DNA of 64,000 nt from Alphaproteobacteria bacterium (GCA_030739855.1 JASLYJ010000004.1:12342-76341); one strand, 5' to 3'. Shown: positions 8,641 through 18,790, counted from the first letter of the stretch. Numbers and translations: made by a program. The notes: generated by a model not told the origin, from the sequence alone.

Positions 8641-11328
8641 ATGGAGATCAGCAACAACATCCGTACCGCCTTCCTCGACTACTTCGCGAAAAATGATCAC
8701 GAAATCGTAGCCTCTGGTTCGCTCGTGCCCCACAACGACCCAACCCTGCTGTTTACCAATGCCGGGATGGTTCCCTTTAAGAATGTCTTTACTGGAGCCG
8801 AGAAACGAGACTTCACCCGCGCTGCTACCAGCCAGAAATGCGTGCGCGCGGGCGGCAAGCACAACGACCTCGATAATGTGGGTTATACCGCACGTCACCA
8901 CACTTTTTTTGAGATGCTGGGGAATTTTTCTTTCGGTGACTATTTCAAGGACGTGGCCATTGAACTGGCCTGGAACTTGATCACCAAAGAATTTGCCGTA
9001 CCCGCCGAGCGGTTAATGATAACGGTCCACGCCGATGACGATGAGGCCTTCAAACTCTCCCGAAAGATCACCGGCCTGCCGGAATCACTTGTCCTGCGTC
9101 TCGATAGTGCTGACAATTTTTGGTCCATGGGCAATACTGGTTCTTGTGGGCCATGTGCAGAAATTTTCTACGATCATGGTGAGGATGTCCCCGGCGGCCC
9201 GCCCGGTTCGGCAGAAGCCGAGGGCGACCGTTTCGTAGAAATCTGGAATCTCGTCTTCATGCAGTACAATCGCCTCTCGGCCGATGAGCGCGTGGACCTG
9301 CCGCGGCCCAGCATCGATACCGGCATGGGGTTGGAACGCGTTGCCGCCGTGCTGCAGGGGGTCCACAACAACTACGATACCGATCTCTTCAAAGCCCTGA
9401 TCGAGGCGTGCGAGGAAGTGACGGGAGTAAAGGCGGAAGGCGATAAGGCCGTGTCTCACCGGGTTATTGCTGATCACCTGCGCGCTATATGTTTTCTCAT
9501 GGCTGATGGTGTTCTCCCTTCCAATGAGGGGCGTGGCTACGTGCTGCGGCGGATCATGCGCCGGGCCATGCGCCATGTGCACATGCTGGGTGGGCGAGAG
9601 CCTCTCATGTGGCGATTAGTACCAGCGCTGACTACCGAAATGGGGCAGATCTATCCGGAACTGGGTCGTGCCCAAGCCCTGATTACGGAAATCCTCAAGC
9701 TCGAGGAAGCCCGTTTCCAGAAGACTCTGGAACGAGGGCTGAAACTTCTCTCTGAGGAAACAAAAAAGCTTTCCGGCGCTACAGTGTTGTCCGGTGATAC
9801 CGCCTTCAAGCTTTACGATACCTACGGTTTTCCCCTTGATCTGACTCAGGATGTGTTACGCAGCCAGGGGCGGGATATAGACTTAGACGGCTTCAACATC
9901 GCCATGGAACGTCAAAAGAAAAAGGCTCGCGCCAATTGGGCCGGTTCTGGCGAGGCAGCCACGGAAAAAATCTGGTTTGAAATAGGACAGAGGGTTGGGG
10001 CCACGGAATTTCTTGGCTACGAGGTGGAATCCGCTGATGGTGAGGTGGTGGCCCTGGTAGTGGACGGAAAGGAAGTGGACAAGACAGGCAAGGGTGAACT
10101 GGCCCTCATCGTCAACCAGACCCCCTTTTACGGGGAATCCGGCGGTCAGGTTGGCGACAGCGGGATTGTTCTCGGTTCCGGTGATGGAAAGAAACGCGCC
10201 TGTATGGAGGTTTCCGGCACCCGAAAGTTCCTCGGCAACCTGCACGTGCATACGGGCAAAATGACGTCGGGGACCTTGGTCGTGGGCGAGGTAGTGGAGC
10301 TTGCTGTTGACGGTGAACGCCGCACGCGGCTACGCGCCAATCATTCCTCCACCCATCTTCTGCACCGCGCCCTGCGCGGGCAGTTAGGCGATCATGTGAC
10401 CCAGAAGGGGTCGCTGGTAGCCCCTGACCGGCTGCGCTTCGATATTAGTCATCCCAAGGCGATAAGCTTTGAAGAGCTTGTCGCCATCGAATCGGAAGTC
10501 AATGCCTGCATCCGCGGCAACAGCGAAGTGACCACCCGTCTCATGACTGCCGACGAGGCCGTAGAGCACGGCGCCATTGCCCTGTTTGGTGAGAAGTACG
10601 GTGACGAAGTACGCGTAGTCTCCATGGGAGGAGAAGATAGCACAGAAGGTGAGCAAGCTCCCTATTCCATGGAATTATGTGGCGGCACTCATGTGCGCCG
10701 CACTGGCGATATCGGGTTTTTCCACATCGTTGGCGAGTCCGCCGTGGCCTCCGGGGTGCGCCGTATAGAAGCGCTTACTGGAGAGGCGGCTGTGGCTTCT
10801 GTGGCCGAACAGAAAGCCCAATTATTGGGGGCAGCCTCGGCGCTGAAGGCGGCCCCGACGGACCTCGAATCTCGTGTCTCTGCCTTATTAGACGAACGTA
10901 AGAAGCTGGAGCGTGACCTTTCCGAGGCCAGGCGCTCTATGGCTAGCGGTGGCGTGGGTGGCAACGATATCAACACTGGCGAAGCCGACAAGGAGGTGGC
11001 CGGTGTCACCTTCGCCTCCCGCTGTCTCCGGGACGTGCCGGCCAAGGACCTAAAACCAATGGCCGACGAGATAAAGGTGCGTATTGGTTCTGGCATTATC
11101 GCTTTGGTGACGGTGAACGAAAGTAAAGCCTCCCTAGTGGTTTCCGTCACCGATGACCTTACGGAAAAATTCGACGCCGTATCCCTAGTGCGTGTAGGTG
11201 CAAAAACCCTCGGCGGAAAGGGCGGCGGCGGCCGCCCCGACATGGCTCAAGCCGGCGGCCCCGACGGGACCAAAGCCGATGCGGCGCTGAAAGCTATAGA
11301 AAAAGTGCTCTCCAGGAGTGGCGACTGA
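8641..11328 (+). CDS. alaS: Alanine--tRNA ligase
   Basis: 895 aa. [15 protein letters not shown] and [18 protein letters not shown]. Editing-domain HxxxH (HSSTHLLH) and CGGTH. C-terminal DHHA1-like domain. Confidence 0.97.
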   Translation: MEISNNIRTAFLDYFAKNDHEIVASGSLVPHNDPTLLFTNAGMVPFKNVFTGAEKRDFTRAATSQKCVRAGGKHNDLDNVGYTARHHTFFEMLGNFSFGDYFKDVAIELAWNLITKEFAVPAERLMITVHADDDEAFKLSRKITGLPESLVLRLDSADNFWSMGNTGSCGPCAEIFYDHGEDVPGGPPGSAEAEGDRFVEIWNLVFMQYNRLSADERVDLPRPSIDTGMGLERVAAVLQGVHNNYDTDLFKALIEACEEVTGVKAEGDKAVSHRVIADHLRAICFLMADGVLPSNEGRGYVLRRIMRRAMRHVHMLGGREPLMWRLVPALTTEMGQIYPELGRAQALITEILKLEEARFQKTLERGLKLLSEETKKLSGATVLSGDTAFKLYDTYGFPLDLTQDVLRSQGRDIDLDGFNIAMERQKKKARANWAGSGEAATEKIWFEIGQRVGATEFLGYEVESADGEVVALVVDGKEVDKTGKGELALIVNQTPFYGESGGQVGDSGIVLGSGDGKKRACMEVSGTRKFLGNLHVHTGKMTSGTLVVGEVVELAVDGERRTRLRANHSSTHLLHRALRGQLGDHVTQKGSLVAPDRLRFDISHPKAISFEELVAIESEVNACIRGNSEVTTRLMTADEAVEHGAIALFGEKYGDEVRVVSMGGEDSTEGEQAPYSMELCGGTHVRRTGDIGFFHIVGESAVASGVRRIEALTGEAAVASVAEQKAQLLGAASALKAAPTDLESRVSALLDERKKLERDLSEARRSMASGGVGGNDINTGEADKEVAGVTFASRCLRDVPAKDLKPMADEIKVRIGSGIIALVTVNESKASLVVSVTDDLTEKFDAVSLVRVGAKTLGGKGGGGRPDMAQAGGPDGTKADAALKAIEKVLSRSGD

Positions 11329-11356
11329 AGTGGTGGAAGAGCTACAGCCAACTGGA

Positions 11357-12571
11357 TTATCTCATCTCTTGCTGTAGGCCTTCGTCCAGCTTGTCAAGAA
11401 ACTCCTTGGTGGTAAGCCACGACTGTTTAGGTCCTATGAGGAGCGCTAGGTCCTTGGTCATGAAGCCCGCTTCCACTGTGTCTACGCAGATCTTTTCCAG
11501 CGTTTTAGCGAAGGCCTGTACCTTGGGCGTGTTGTCAAACCGACCACGGTGATAAAGCCCCCGCGTCCAGGCGAATATGGAGGCGATAGGATTGGTGGAA
11601 GTGGCCTTGCCCTCACGGTGCAGGCGGTAATGGCGGGTCACGGTGCCGTGGGCGGCCTCGGCCTCCACCGCCTTGCCATCTGGCGTCATCAGTACCGAAG
11701 TCATGAGCCCTAGCGAGCCGAAGCCCTGGGCCAGGGTGTCTGACTGCACGTCGCCATCATAATTCTTACAGGCCCAGACGAAGCCACCGCTCCATTTCAG
11801 GGCCGCTGCCACCATATCGTCGATAAGGCGGTGTTCATAGGTGATGCCCATGGCCTTGAACTTGTTCTTGAACTCGGCCTCGAAAACCTCAGCGAAAAGG
11901 TCCTTGAAGCGGCCGTCATAGGCCTTGAGGATGGTGTTCTTGGTAGAGAGATAGACCGGCCAGCCAACATTAAGGCCGTAGTTCATGCAAGCGCGGGCGA
12001 AATCACGGATAGAGTTATCAAGATTGTACATGGCCATAGCTACGCCACCGCCTGGGAAATTGAAAACCTCGTGCTCGATGGTCTCGCCACCGCCTTCGGG
12101 CTTGAAGCTGATAGTGAGTTTTCCTTTTCCCGGCACCACGAAATCAGTGGCCCGGTACTGATCGCCGAAGGCATGACGGCCGATGACCATGGGCTGGGTC
12201 CATCCCGGCACCAGGCGCGGCACATTATTGCAGATGATGGGTTCGCGAAAAACGGTACCGCCCAGGATATTGCGAATGGTACCGTTGGGTGAACGCCACA
12301 TTTTTTTGAGCCCGAATTCTTCCACTCGTGCTTCATCGGGCGTGATGGTGGCGCATTTTATGCCTACGCCGTGTTCCTGGATGGCTTCAGCTGCATCCAC
12401 CGTAATCTGGTCTTCGGTGGCATCGCGGTTTTCGATCCCGAGGTCGAAATATTTCAACTCCACGTCGAGATAGGGAAGAATCAGCTTGTCCTTGATGAAT
12501 TTCCAGATGATCCGTGTCATCTCGTCACCATCGATTTCGACAACGGGATTGGTTACCTTAATTTTCACCAT
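11357..12571 (-). CDS. icd: NADP-dependent isocitrate dehydrogenase (404-aa eukaryote-like subfamily)
   Basis: [23 protein letters not shown]..., GGTVFREPI, and [10 protein letters not shown]. Confidence 0.95.
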   Translation of the reverse strand: MVKIKVTNPVVEIDGDEMTRIIWKFIKDKLILPYLDVELKYFDLGIENRDATEDQITVDAAEAIQEHGVGIKCATITPDEARVEEFGLKKMWRSPNGTIRNILGGTVFREPIICNNVPRLVPGWTQPMVIGRHAFGDQYRATDFVVPGKGKLTISFKPEGGGETIEHEVFNFPGGGVAMAMYNLDNSIRDFARACMNYGLNVGWPVYLSTKNTILKAYDGRFKDLFAEVFEAEFKNKFKAMGITYEHRLIDDMVAAALKWSGGFVWACKNYDGDVQSDTLAQGFGSLGLMTSVLMTPDGKAVEAEAAHGTVTRHYRLHREGKATSTNPIASIFAWTRGLYHRGRFDNTPKVQAFAKTLEKICVDTVEAGFMTKDLALLIGPKQSWLTTKEFLDKLDEGLQQEMR

Positions 12572-12647
12572 GAAAGCTTCTCTCCGTATCCTCTTTGTCT
12601 CAACCTACCATTCCCCCGAGAGGACGCAATGATCCCCGCTCCCAAGG

Positions 12648-13229
12648 TCAGATATGGCTGCTGTCTTCGCCTTTATGTGCGGCCGGTAGGGCCTTCAGCG
12701 TGGCGATCACTTCTTCGGGGTCAGCAGCTACGGTGTACAGGTCCTTGCATCCCTGATTGGCATAGCCGGTGGCGATCATATGGTCGAAAAGGTTATGAAA
12801 CGGTTTCCAATAGCCGCCGGCTTCGATCAGAAATATGGGCCTGTCATGTAACCCCAGATGCTTCCAGGTTATAATTTCCAGGGTTTCATCCAGCGTGCCG
12901 AGTCCACCGGGCAGGGCTGCGAAGGCGTCAGACATATTGAACATTTTCTGCTTGCGTTCGTGCATGCTCTCCACCTCGATCAGTCGAGTCAACCCGCGGT
13001 GGTCTACCTCCCATTGCTTGATGAAGCGCGGGATAATCCCCGTCACCTCGCCGCCCGCGGCAAGCGCTGCATTAGCAGTCTCTCCCATAAGCCCTACATG
13101 GCCGCCGCCGGTAATCATGTGGATGCCGTTTTCGGCTAATTTCCGACCCAGTTCCCTGGCGTATTTCCGGTGTTCGTCGGGAATGGTCTCCGACGAGGCG
13201 CAATAAACGCAAAGGGAGCGAATGGGCAT
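12648..13229 (-). CDS. LOG-family (TIGR00730) cytokinin riboside 5'-monophosphate phosphoribohydrolase-like protein
   Basis: 193 aa with TGGGHVGLMG and PGGLGTLDE motifs. Confidence 0.85.
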   Translation of the reverse strand: MPIRSLCVYCASSETIPDEHRKYARELGRKLAENGIHMITGGGHVGLMGETANAALAAGGEVTGIIPRFIKQWEVDHRGLTRLIEVESMHERKQKMFNMSDAFAALPGGLGTLDETLEIITWKHLGLHDRPIFLIEAGGYWKPFHNLFDHMIATGYANQGCKDLYTVAADPEEVIATLKALPAAHKGEDSSHI

Positions 13230-13325
13230 AGGATTTCAGGCCTCGTGTTGGAGAATCGTGTTTCTGCCGCCTCTTCTAGGCGAAGAGTAGCGCTATGCGC
13301 AAGGCGTCGTTGCAACAGGTAGGAA

Positions 13326-13447
13326 GGCGTATTACTTTTAACCCACGTTCACGAAAATTACTGCGAGGGGTCGTGAATAAATTTATGGCATACTACCTTT
13401 GACCCACGCCCAAGAAAAAATACCGCAAGGGGATGTGAATACATCCG
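13326..13447. repeat. Imperfect tandem duplication, two ~61-bp units, spanning the LysM gene start
   Basis: Unit A is 13326-13386 and unit B is 13387-13447. Hand alignment of GGCGTATTACTTTTAACCCACGTTCACGAAAATTACTGCGAGGGGTCGTGAATAAA against GGCATACTACCTTTGACCCACGCCCAAGAAAAAATACCGCAAGGGGATGTGAATACA gives roughly three quarters identity with one 1-nt indel. Confidence 0.75.
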
Positions 13448-14574
13448 TTGCTGTGGGCCTGGCCGGCCTGGCCATTATTTTTGCTGGTCTGTATGTCTAC
13501 CACCTCGGGGAAACGCCCCCTGAAACGGTATCCGAACTCCCTGCCGCCACCGATCCCCCTTCTGCACAGCCGGAAACTGCTGAACTGGCCGAGCCCGAGC
13601 CCATGCCTATGTCTGCTCCTTCCCCTTCTGCGCAGCCGGAAACTGCTGAACTGGCCGAGCCCGAGCCCATGCCTGCTCCCGCTGAGACTGTGGCGCCGGC
13701 TGTGCCCACGTTGCCTACCTTCGATGTGGTGCGGGTCAACCGCGAAGGGGAAGCAGTGCTAGCGGGCCAGGCCAGCCCCAACGCCGAGGTGATTATCTCT
13801 AACCACGGTCAGGAAATCGGCGAAGTTGCAGCAGACAGTCGTGGCGAGTGGGTCTGGGTGTCCGAAACACCGTTTCCTCCAGGCAATCTCGAACTGGGCC
13901 TTACCTCCCGGATTGGTGGTGGTGATGCGGTGATTTCCGAAGACGTAGTGGTTATGGTCCTACCCCAATCCGATCATGATATTGCTGGTCGCGTCAGCGA
14001 GGAACTAGGCAATGCGCTGATCCTGAAAACCCGGCGTGACGGTTCTGGTGCCAGTCAGTTGCTGCAGTCCCCCTCAGGCGAGACCGACGACATTGCTCTC
14101 TCCATGGATGTGGTGGATTATGACCATGCTGGTCGGATCCAGTTCGGCGGGCGGGGTGCTCCCGGGGAGGCGCTGCGCGTCTATCTCGACAACGCATTGC
14201 TTGGTGAGACAGTAGCTTCGGATGACGGATTCTGGACCTTGGCACCAAACTGGAATGTGGCCTCGGGCCTTTACAATCTACGTGTCGACCAAATCTCCCC
14301 CGATGGCCAGGTGGTGGTGCGGGTAGAGCTTCCCTTCTCGCGTGCTGAGAGCCCGCCAGTGATAGAAGATGAAAGCGCGACGGTGATGCAGAAAAGCGCG
14401 GTGGTGGTACAGCCAGGGAATAGCCTATGGCGACTGGCGCGCAGGGCCTATGGTTATGGGATCAAATACCATGTGATTTACGAGGCCAACCGTTCGCAGA
14501 TTCGCAATCCCGATCTCATTTATCCTGGACAGGTATTCACCCTGCCTCGTGTCGTCGAGGAAGCAGGCAGCTAG
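13399..14574 (+). CDS. LysM peptidoglycan-binding protein with N-terminal membrane anchor and Pro/Glu-rich linker
   Basis: 391 aa. TM segment: VAVGLAGLAIIFAGLYVY. C-terminal LysM: GNSLWRLARRAYGYGIKYHVIYEANRSQIRNPDLIYPGQVFTLP. The start (TTG 13399) is uncertain. Confidence 0.8.
   Translation: MTHAQEKIPQGDVNTSVAVGLAGLAIIFAGLYVYHLGETPPETVSELPAATDPPSAQPETAELAEPEPMPMSAPSPSAQPETAELAEPEPMPAPAETVAPAVPTLPTFDVVRVNREGEAVLAGQASPNAEVIISNHGQEIGEVAADSRGEWVWVSETPFPPGNLELGLTSRIGGGDAVISEDVVVMVLPQSDHDIAGRVSEELGNALILKTRRDGSGASQLLQSPSGETDDIALSMDVVDYDHAGRIQFGGRGAPGEALRVYLDNALLGETVASDDGFWTLAPNWNVASGLYNLRVDQISPDGQVVVRVELPFSRAESPPVIEDESATVMQKSAVVVQPGNSLWRLARRAYGYGIKYHVIYEANRSQIRNPDLIYPGQVFTLPRVVEEAGS
13557..13674 (+). 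repeat. In-frame 66-bp tandem duplication (22 codons) in the Pro-rich linker
   Basis: 13557-13608 and 13623-13674 are identical except for one A/G difference. They encode PSAQPETAELAEPEPMP twice. Confidence 0.9.
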
Positions 14575-14681
14575 GACTCTTTCTTCCTCCCATATTTCTC
14601 CGGCGTTGGGCCCCACCATGGGACGTCGACTTTGCCATGAAAATCCGCTAAATGACGGCTTCTTTTGAATGATGGGTATCC

Positions 14682-15350
14682 GTGGATTCCGAAATTAAAA
14701 AAGCTGTGTGTATTTCAATCAACAGAGCTGGCTGGCCGTTTATCGCTCTCTTTGCTGTTCTCACAGCCGGACTCTGGGTTTTTTATCCTCCCTTGGGCTT
14801 TGTCGGGGTGGTTCTCACCGCGTGGTGCGCCTATTTTTTCCGCGATCCCGAACGGATAACGCCTCAGAAACCAGGTCTGGTTATCAGCCCCGCTGATGGC
14901 GTGGTGCTGCCGCTCGCAGAAATGCCGCCACCACCGGAGTTGGGCATTGGGGATACGGCACGTCTTCGTGTCAGCATTTTCATGAATGTGTTCAACGTAC
15001 ACGTGAACCGTATCCCGGCTCACGGCGTGATAGGAAAGATCTCATATAGACCAGGCCGTTTTTTTAACGCCTCCTTGGACAAGGCTAGCGAACATAACGA
15101 ACGCATGTCCGTATCCATGAAAACCGATCATGGGGTAGAGATTGCCTTTGTCCAGATAGCCGGTCTCGTGGCCAGGCGCATCAAATACGATCTTGCCGAG
15201 GGGCAACAGGTGCGTGCCGGAGATCGTTTCGGCTTGATTCGCTTTGGCAGCCGGGTAGATATTTATCTGCCAACGGGCACGCGACCCAAGGTGCTTGCCA
15301 GACAGATCGCCGTTGCTGGAGAAACAGTGATAGCCGATTTTGGTAAATAA
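14682..15350 (+). CDS. psd: Phosphatidylserine decarboxylase proenzyme (short type)
   Basis: 222 aa. SPADGVV, NVFNVHVNRIP, and FGSRVD (G-S self-cleavage site). Followed by pssA. Confidence 0.9.
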   Translation: MDSEIKKAVCISINRAGWPFIALFAVLTAGLWVFYPPLGFVGVVLTAWCAYFFRDPERITPQKPGLVISPADGVVLPLAEMPPPPELGIGDTARLRVSIFMNVFNVHVNRIPAHGVIGKISYRPGRFFNASLDKASEHNERMSVSMKTDHGVEIAFVQIAGLVARRIKYDLAEGQQVRAGDRFGLIRFGSRVDIYLPTGTRPKVLARQIAVAGETVIADFGK

Positions 15351-15439
15351 TTGACGTCCTTGATATAATCGCTGTCCCGCAGAGCCAGACCAAGAATCTG
15401 CCATGCTTCGTCAGCAGTACAGGAAGGAGCCCCAACCAT

Positions 15440-16297
15440 ATGTTTAGGGCACGTCGGAAACGATTTAAGGGACAATCTCTGAACATAATGATTCCTACTT
15501 TGCTAACCCTCATGTCCTTATGTGCGGGGCTGTCGGCCATGCGGTTTGCCTTGCTTGCACAATGGGAATGGGCGGTGGTTGCGGTCATCCTAGCTGGATT
15601 TCTTGACAATCTTGATGGCCGCATGGCGCGCCTTTTAGGCGGTGGTAGCAAATTCGGCACCGAGCTTGATTCCCTCTCTGATTTCGTCAGTTTCGGCGTC
15701 GCCCCGGCGGTAGTTCTATACCACTGGTCGCTGTGGGAGCTGGGTGGCAAAGGCTGGATCATTGTCACCCTTTACTGCATCTGCTCAGCCTTGCGCCTGG
15801 CTCGTTTCAACTCGCGTTTGGGTGAGGCGATGCCGCCATGGGCTTATAATTATTTCACTGGCGTCTCAGCTCCAGCCGGCGCCGGTTTTGCTCTTCTACC
15901 AATGATGATTTCCTTCGAGTTTCCCGAATTCGAGATTGTTCGCAACGCCTACTTGGTGGGGGTGGTCGCCATGGTGACGGCCTTCCTGAAGATCAGCACT
16001 ATTCCCACCTATTCCCTGAAACAGATAAAGGTGCCCCAGACCTATGTTATTCCTACCTTCCTACTGGTAGGGGTGTTTGCTGCCACCATGGTTACCGAGT
16101 TCTGGGCTACCTTTATCTGCTGCGCCACTGTTTATTTCCTCAGTATTCCGTTTAGCATTCGCTCTTTCCTCCACCTTAGGCGCGAGGCCGAGCGTATCCA
16201 GTCCGAAGTAACGCCGGGTGAGGCGGACCCGAAGGCGGCCTTACCGCCGCTAGCGGAGGTCCAGCCACCCGAAACCAATACTCGTACCGGCACATGA
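15440..16297 (+). CDS. pssA: CDP-diacylglycerol--serine O-phosphatidyltransferase
   Basis: CDP-alcohol phosphatidyltransferase motif DNLDGRMARLLGGGSKFGTELDSLSD. Multiple TM helices. Confidence 0.9.
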   Translation: MFRARRKRFKGQSLNIMIPTLLTLMSLCAGLSAMRFALLAQWEWAVVAVILAGFLDNLDGRMARLLGGGSKFGTELDSLSDFVSFGVAPAVVLYHWSLWELGGKGWIIVTLYCICSALRLARFNSRLGEAMPPWAYNYFTGVSAPAGAGFALLPMMISFEFPEFEIVRNAYLVGVVAMVTAFLKISTIPTYSLKQIKVPQTYVIPTFLLVGVFAATMVTEFWATFICCATVYFLSIPFSIRSFLHLRREAERIQSEVTPGEADPKAALPPLAEVQPPETNTRTGT

Positions 16298-16369
16298 ACC
16301 AGCATAGTTTTTAGCCCATGCCAGTACCTTTCCTATCAGTCGTTTTTTTAATGTCATAAACAAGAGGAG

Positions 16370-16597
16370 TTGAACGTGGACAAAGAGGAAATCCTGCGTC
16401 TTCAGACTTACCTGCGAGAAAAGTTCGGAAACGACGCAATCCATCTTCTAGAAGAAGGTAGAAAAGATAAGTTGGTTTTAGTTAATCTTGGTGACGAGTT
16501 TATCGGGACCATCTACCGCGACGATGAGGACGGAGGTGTCTCCTACGACTTCAATATGGCTATACTGGATGTAGATTTGCCAGCGTCAGGCGCCTAG
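16370..16597 (+). CDS. DUF3126 family protein
   Basis: 75 aa. LQTYLREKFGNDAIHL...LGDEFIGTIYRDDEDGGVSYDFNMAILDVDLP matches my memory of this alphaproteobacterial small-protein family. GTG start after GAGGAG. Confidence 0.7.
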   Translation: MNVDKEEILRLQTYLREKFGNDAIHLLEEGRKDKLVLVNLGDEFIGTIYRDDEDGGVSYDFNMAILDVDLPASGA

Positions 16598-16787
16598 GCG
16601 GCATATGAGCGACTTTGGCCTAATTGTGGGCCACAGTTCCATGACGCCGTGTCACTCGCCGGTCTAAAGACCTACGAGGATGGCATAGACGCGTTGGTAT
16701 GCGCGTGGGTGGGCATTGAGTACCTGAGGGGTGCGGCGGACCCCTTACGGGGATGATGACGCCGCCATCTGGATACCTGAGGGGTAA
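16598..16787 (+). pseudogene. 3' remnant of a DUF429-type (predicted RNase H-like nuclease) gene, frameshifted
   Basis: No start codon. Reads ..GLKTYEDGIDALVCAWVGIEYLRGAADP. After one extra C in the CCCC run (16741-16744) it continues PYGDDDAAIWIPEG*. YED..DALVCAWVG...GD..AAIW.P is the C-terminal signature I recall for DUF429. Confidence 0.45.
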
Positions 16788-16953
16788 ATGCACCCTACCC
16801 CGTGCTCCCTGTGCGCTCCCCAATAAAATCAATGGCTTATAGGCTTAATTGCTTCTGGGCCATTGGTTATTCTAGGGTATAGTAGACATATTGTAGACAC
16901 TTTGTGTGGCTTCGATCGAATTTGCGCGGCTCAGATCACAGCCAGAACACTCT

Positions 16954-16969
16954 CCCTGCACCACCTTGG
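16954..16969. repeat. Left copy of a direct repeat bracketing the protease/REase segment
   Basis: CCCTGCACCACCTTGG here versus CCCTACACCACCTTGG at 18775-18790 (15/16 match). Similarity extends leftward: ACACTCTCCCTG versus ACACCCCCCTA. Confidence 0.6.
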
Positions 16970-17010
16970 TAGAAGTGTTCAGTGATCTAGCTCTTGGGTG
17001 GGGGGTAGTT

Positions 17011-18090
17011 ATGCGCATTCAAGGGGCGTTACTTACATTTCTTCTTGTCTCCTACGGAGCATCTGCTCTTGCTGGCCCAGAAGACTATCTTGGCGGAGGT
17101 ATGCCAGCGATGGGTCATGGTGCTGCTCATGGCGGCCGACCACTTTTCCACGAACTTGGAGAGATGGATATTGCAGGCCTTGATGGAAGGATTGCGTATA
17201 AATCTCTTAAAGCTGTTAACGACAACACCCGGTTAGTTTTTCGAGGCGCTAAAGAAGCCAGTATATACAGTGCCCTCTCACCAACCGTTGTGCTTGTTCT
17301 TAGAAACGGTGGAGGGGGGTCCGGGTCCCTAATTTCTACGTCTGGTGAAATTCTTACAAATTGGCATGTTGTTGAGGGTTTCTCCTCTGTTGGCGTAATT
17401 TTCAAGCCTCGGATGGAGGGGCGGAACCTTAAAGAAAGCGATCTGATTCGTGCCGAAGTTATAAAATTGGATGAAGTAAGTGATCTAGCGCTGCTGAAGG
17501 TTCGATCTGTGCCAAGCGGTATAAAACCCATCTCACTCGGTGATAAATCTGAAATTAATGTTGGTGCTGACGTTCACGCCATAGGGCATCCTACTGGCGA
17601 ATCGTGGACATATACCAAGGGGTTTATCAGTCAGGTACGAAACAAATACCGATGGCAGACTGAATCTGGCGTAGCCCACGAAGCCAATGTTATTCAGACA
17701 CAGACTCCCATAAATCCTGGAAATTCTGGTGGCCCTCTCATCAGTGATAGTGGAAATTTGGTTGGGGTTAATTCCTTTAAGGCAGAGGGGGAAAGCTTAA
17801 ACTTTGCTGTAGCAGTTGACGAAGTAAGGCATTTTTTAGACGCGAAAAAAAGTCGCTATGCAAAGCCCCAAACAGATGATTCTTCTCCCCAATGCAAAGC
17901 TGAAGTTTTGTTTGAAGGTCGCAATAGTGAGGATACAGGTCAGCTCATTCAGGGGGACTTAGATTGTGATGGAGTCGTTGACGCTATCCAATTTACCCCT
18001 GATGATAAAAGTGAGCCAATCCGGGTTCAGTATGACGTGAATGGCGATTCATTATCCGACGTAGTTGTCGTCGATGCAGATACTTCATAG
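17011..18090 (+). CDS. Secreted trypsin-like (S1/Trypsin_2) serine protease
   Basis: Signal peptide: MRIQGALLTFLLVSYGASALAG. Catalytic H (TNWHVV), D (DLALLKV) and S (GNSGGPL). Asp-rich C-terminal tail: DLDCDGVVDAIQF..DVNGDSLSDVVVVDAD. ATG 17011 follows GGTGGGGGG; the ORF opens at 16906. Confidence 0.85.
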   Translation: MRIQGALLTFLLVSYGASALAGPEDYLGGGMPAMGHGAAHGGRPLFHELGEMDIAGLDGRIAYKSLKAVNDNTRLVFRGAKEASIYSALSPTVVLVLRNGGGGSGSLISTSGEILTNWHVVEGFSSVGVIFKPRMEGRNLKESDLIRAEVIKLDEVSDLALLKVRSVPSGIKPISLGDKSEINVGADVHAIGHPTGESWTYTKGFISQVRNKYRWQTESGVAHEANVIQTQTPINPGNSGGPLISDSGNLVGVNSFKAEGESLNFAVAVDEVRHFLDAKKSRYAKPQTDDSSPQCKAEVLFEGRNSEDTGQLIQGDLDCDGVVDAIQFTPDDKSEPIRVQYDVNGDSLSDVVVVDADTS

Positions 18091-18131
18091 ACATAGGCGT
18101 TCGGCACCCCAACTGGCCCTATGGTTTTATC

Positions 18132-18614
18132 ATGGGGGTAGAGTGCGACGGAGCGACCTACCACTCATCTAAATCGGCCCGCGAGCGCGACCGACTTCGT
18201 CAGGAGGTTCTCGAAGGGATGCAGTGGCATCTTCACAGAATTTGGTCCACAGACTGGTTCGAGGACCCACAACGGGAAGCGGAAAGATTACGGAAGGTAA
18301 TTCTTGCCCGCTTGTCGGAACTAGACGTAGATCAACATTATAAAGAACCTATTCCCGAGGAGCTTGGGGAGACGGTATGTATTGGAGACAAGGTTGTCGT
18401 GCATTACGCCGATGAACCAGACCGGCATATAACCATTGTTCTGAGCAACACCATGAACGACCCTTCGAAAGGCATTCTCCATTGTGAAGAACCACTTGGA
18501 GAAGCTGTTTTAGGATCGGTGAGGGGGGCCGAAATAGAAATAGATATTGGCAACAAAATACGGACGGCCATTGTGGAAGAAATTATTAAGGACCAAATAA
18601 TTACTGTGCATTGA
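18132..18614 (+). CDS. REase-like (DUF559 / MTES_1575-type) domain fused to a GreA/GreB-C-like domain; probably a 5'-truncated remnant of a large helicase-family gene
   Basis: GVECDGATYHSSKSARERDRLRQEVLEGMQWHLHRIWSTDWFEDP is the nuclease-like module found near the C-terminus of DUF4011/AAA_11/AAA_12 helicases. Homology continues in frame upstream of the ATG (RHPNWPYGFI from about 18102) with no N-terminal domains. The C-terminus IGDKVVV...EEPLGEAVLGSVRGAEIEIDIGNK resembles the GreA C-domain. Confidence 0.55.
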   Translation: MGVECDGATYHSSKSARERDRLRQEVLEGMQWHLHRIWSTDWFEDPQREAERLRKVILARLSELDVDQHYKEPIPEELGETVCIGDKVVVHYADEPDRHITIVLSNTMNDPSKGILHCEEPLGEAVLGSVRGAEIEIDIGNKIRTAIVEEIIKDQIITVH

Positions 18615-18774
18615 TATTTGCATAATCGTTCTCAACCGAGCCTTTAAAAATGATCGAAAATAACGTTCGAAATTTCATCAGCGCAAACTTCAACATTTGG
18701 AGCGCGTTGTTCTGGCCGTATCAATAGTGGCACCCCTGATCTGACTACAAGCACAGATCCTGGCTAAAACACCC

Positions 18775-18790
18775 CCCTACACCACCTTGG
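18775..18790. repeat. Right copy of the direct repeat (see 16954-16969)
   Basis: CCCTACACCACCTTGG. Confidence 0.6.

Noticed and set aside
16620-16832. 70-aa minus-strand ORF from the track.
   Set aside because: The plus strand of the same DNA gives a much more protein-like DUF429 C-terminal sequence, although frameshifted. The minus ORF is Arg/Pro/Gly-rich.
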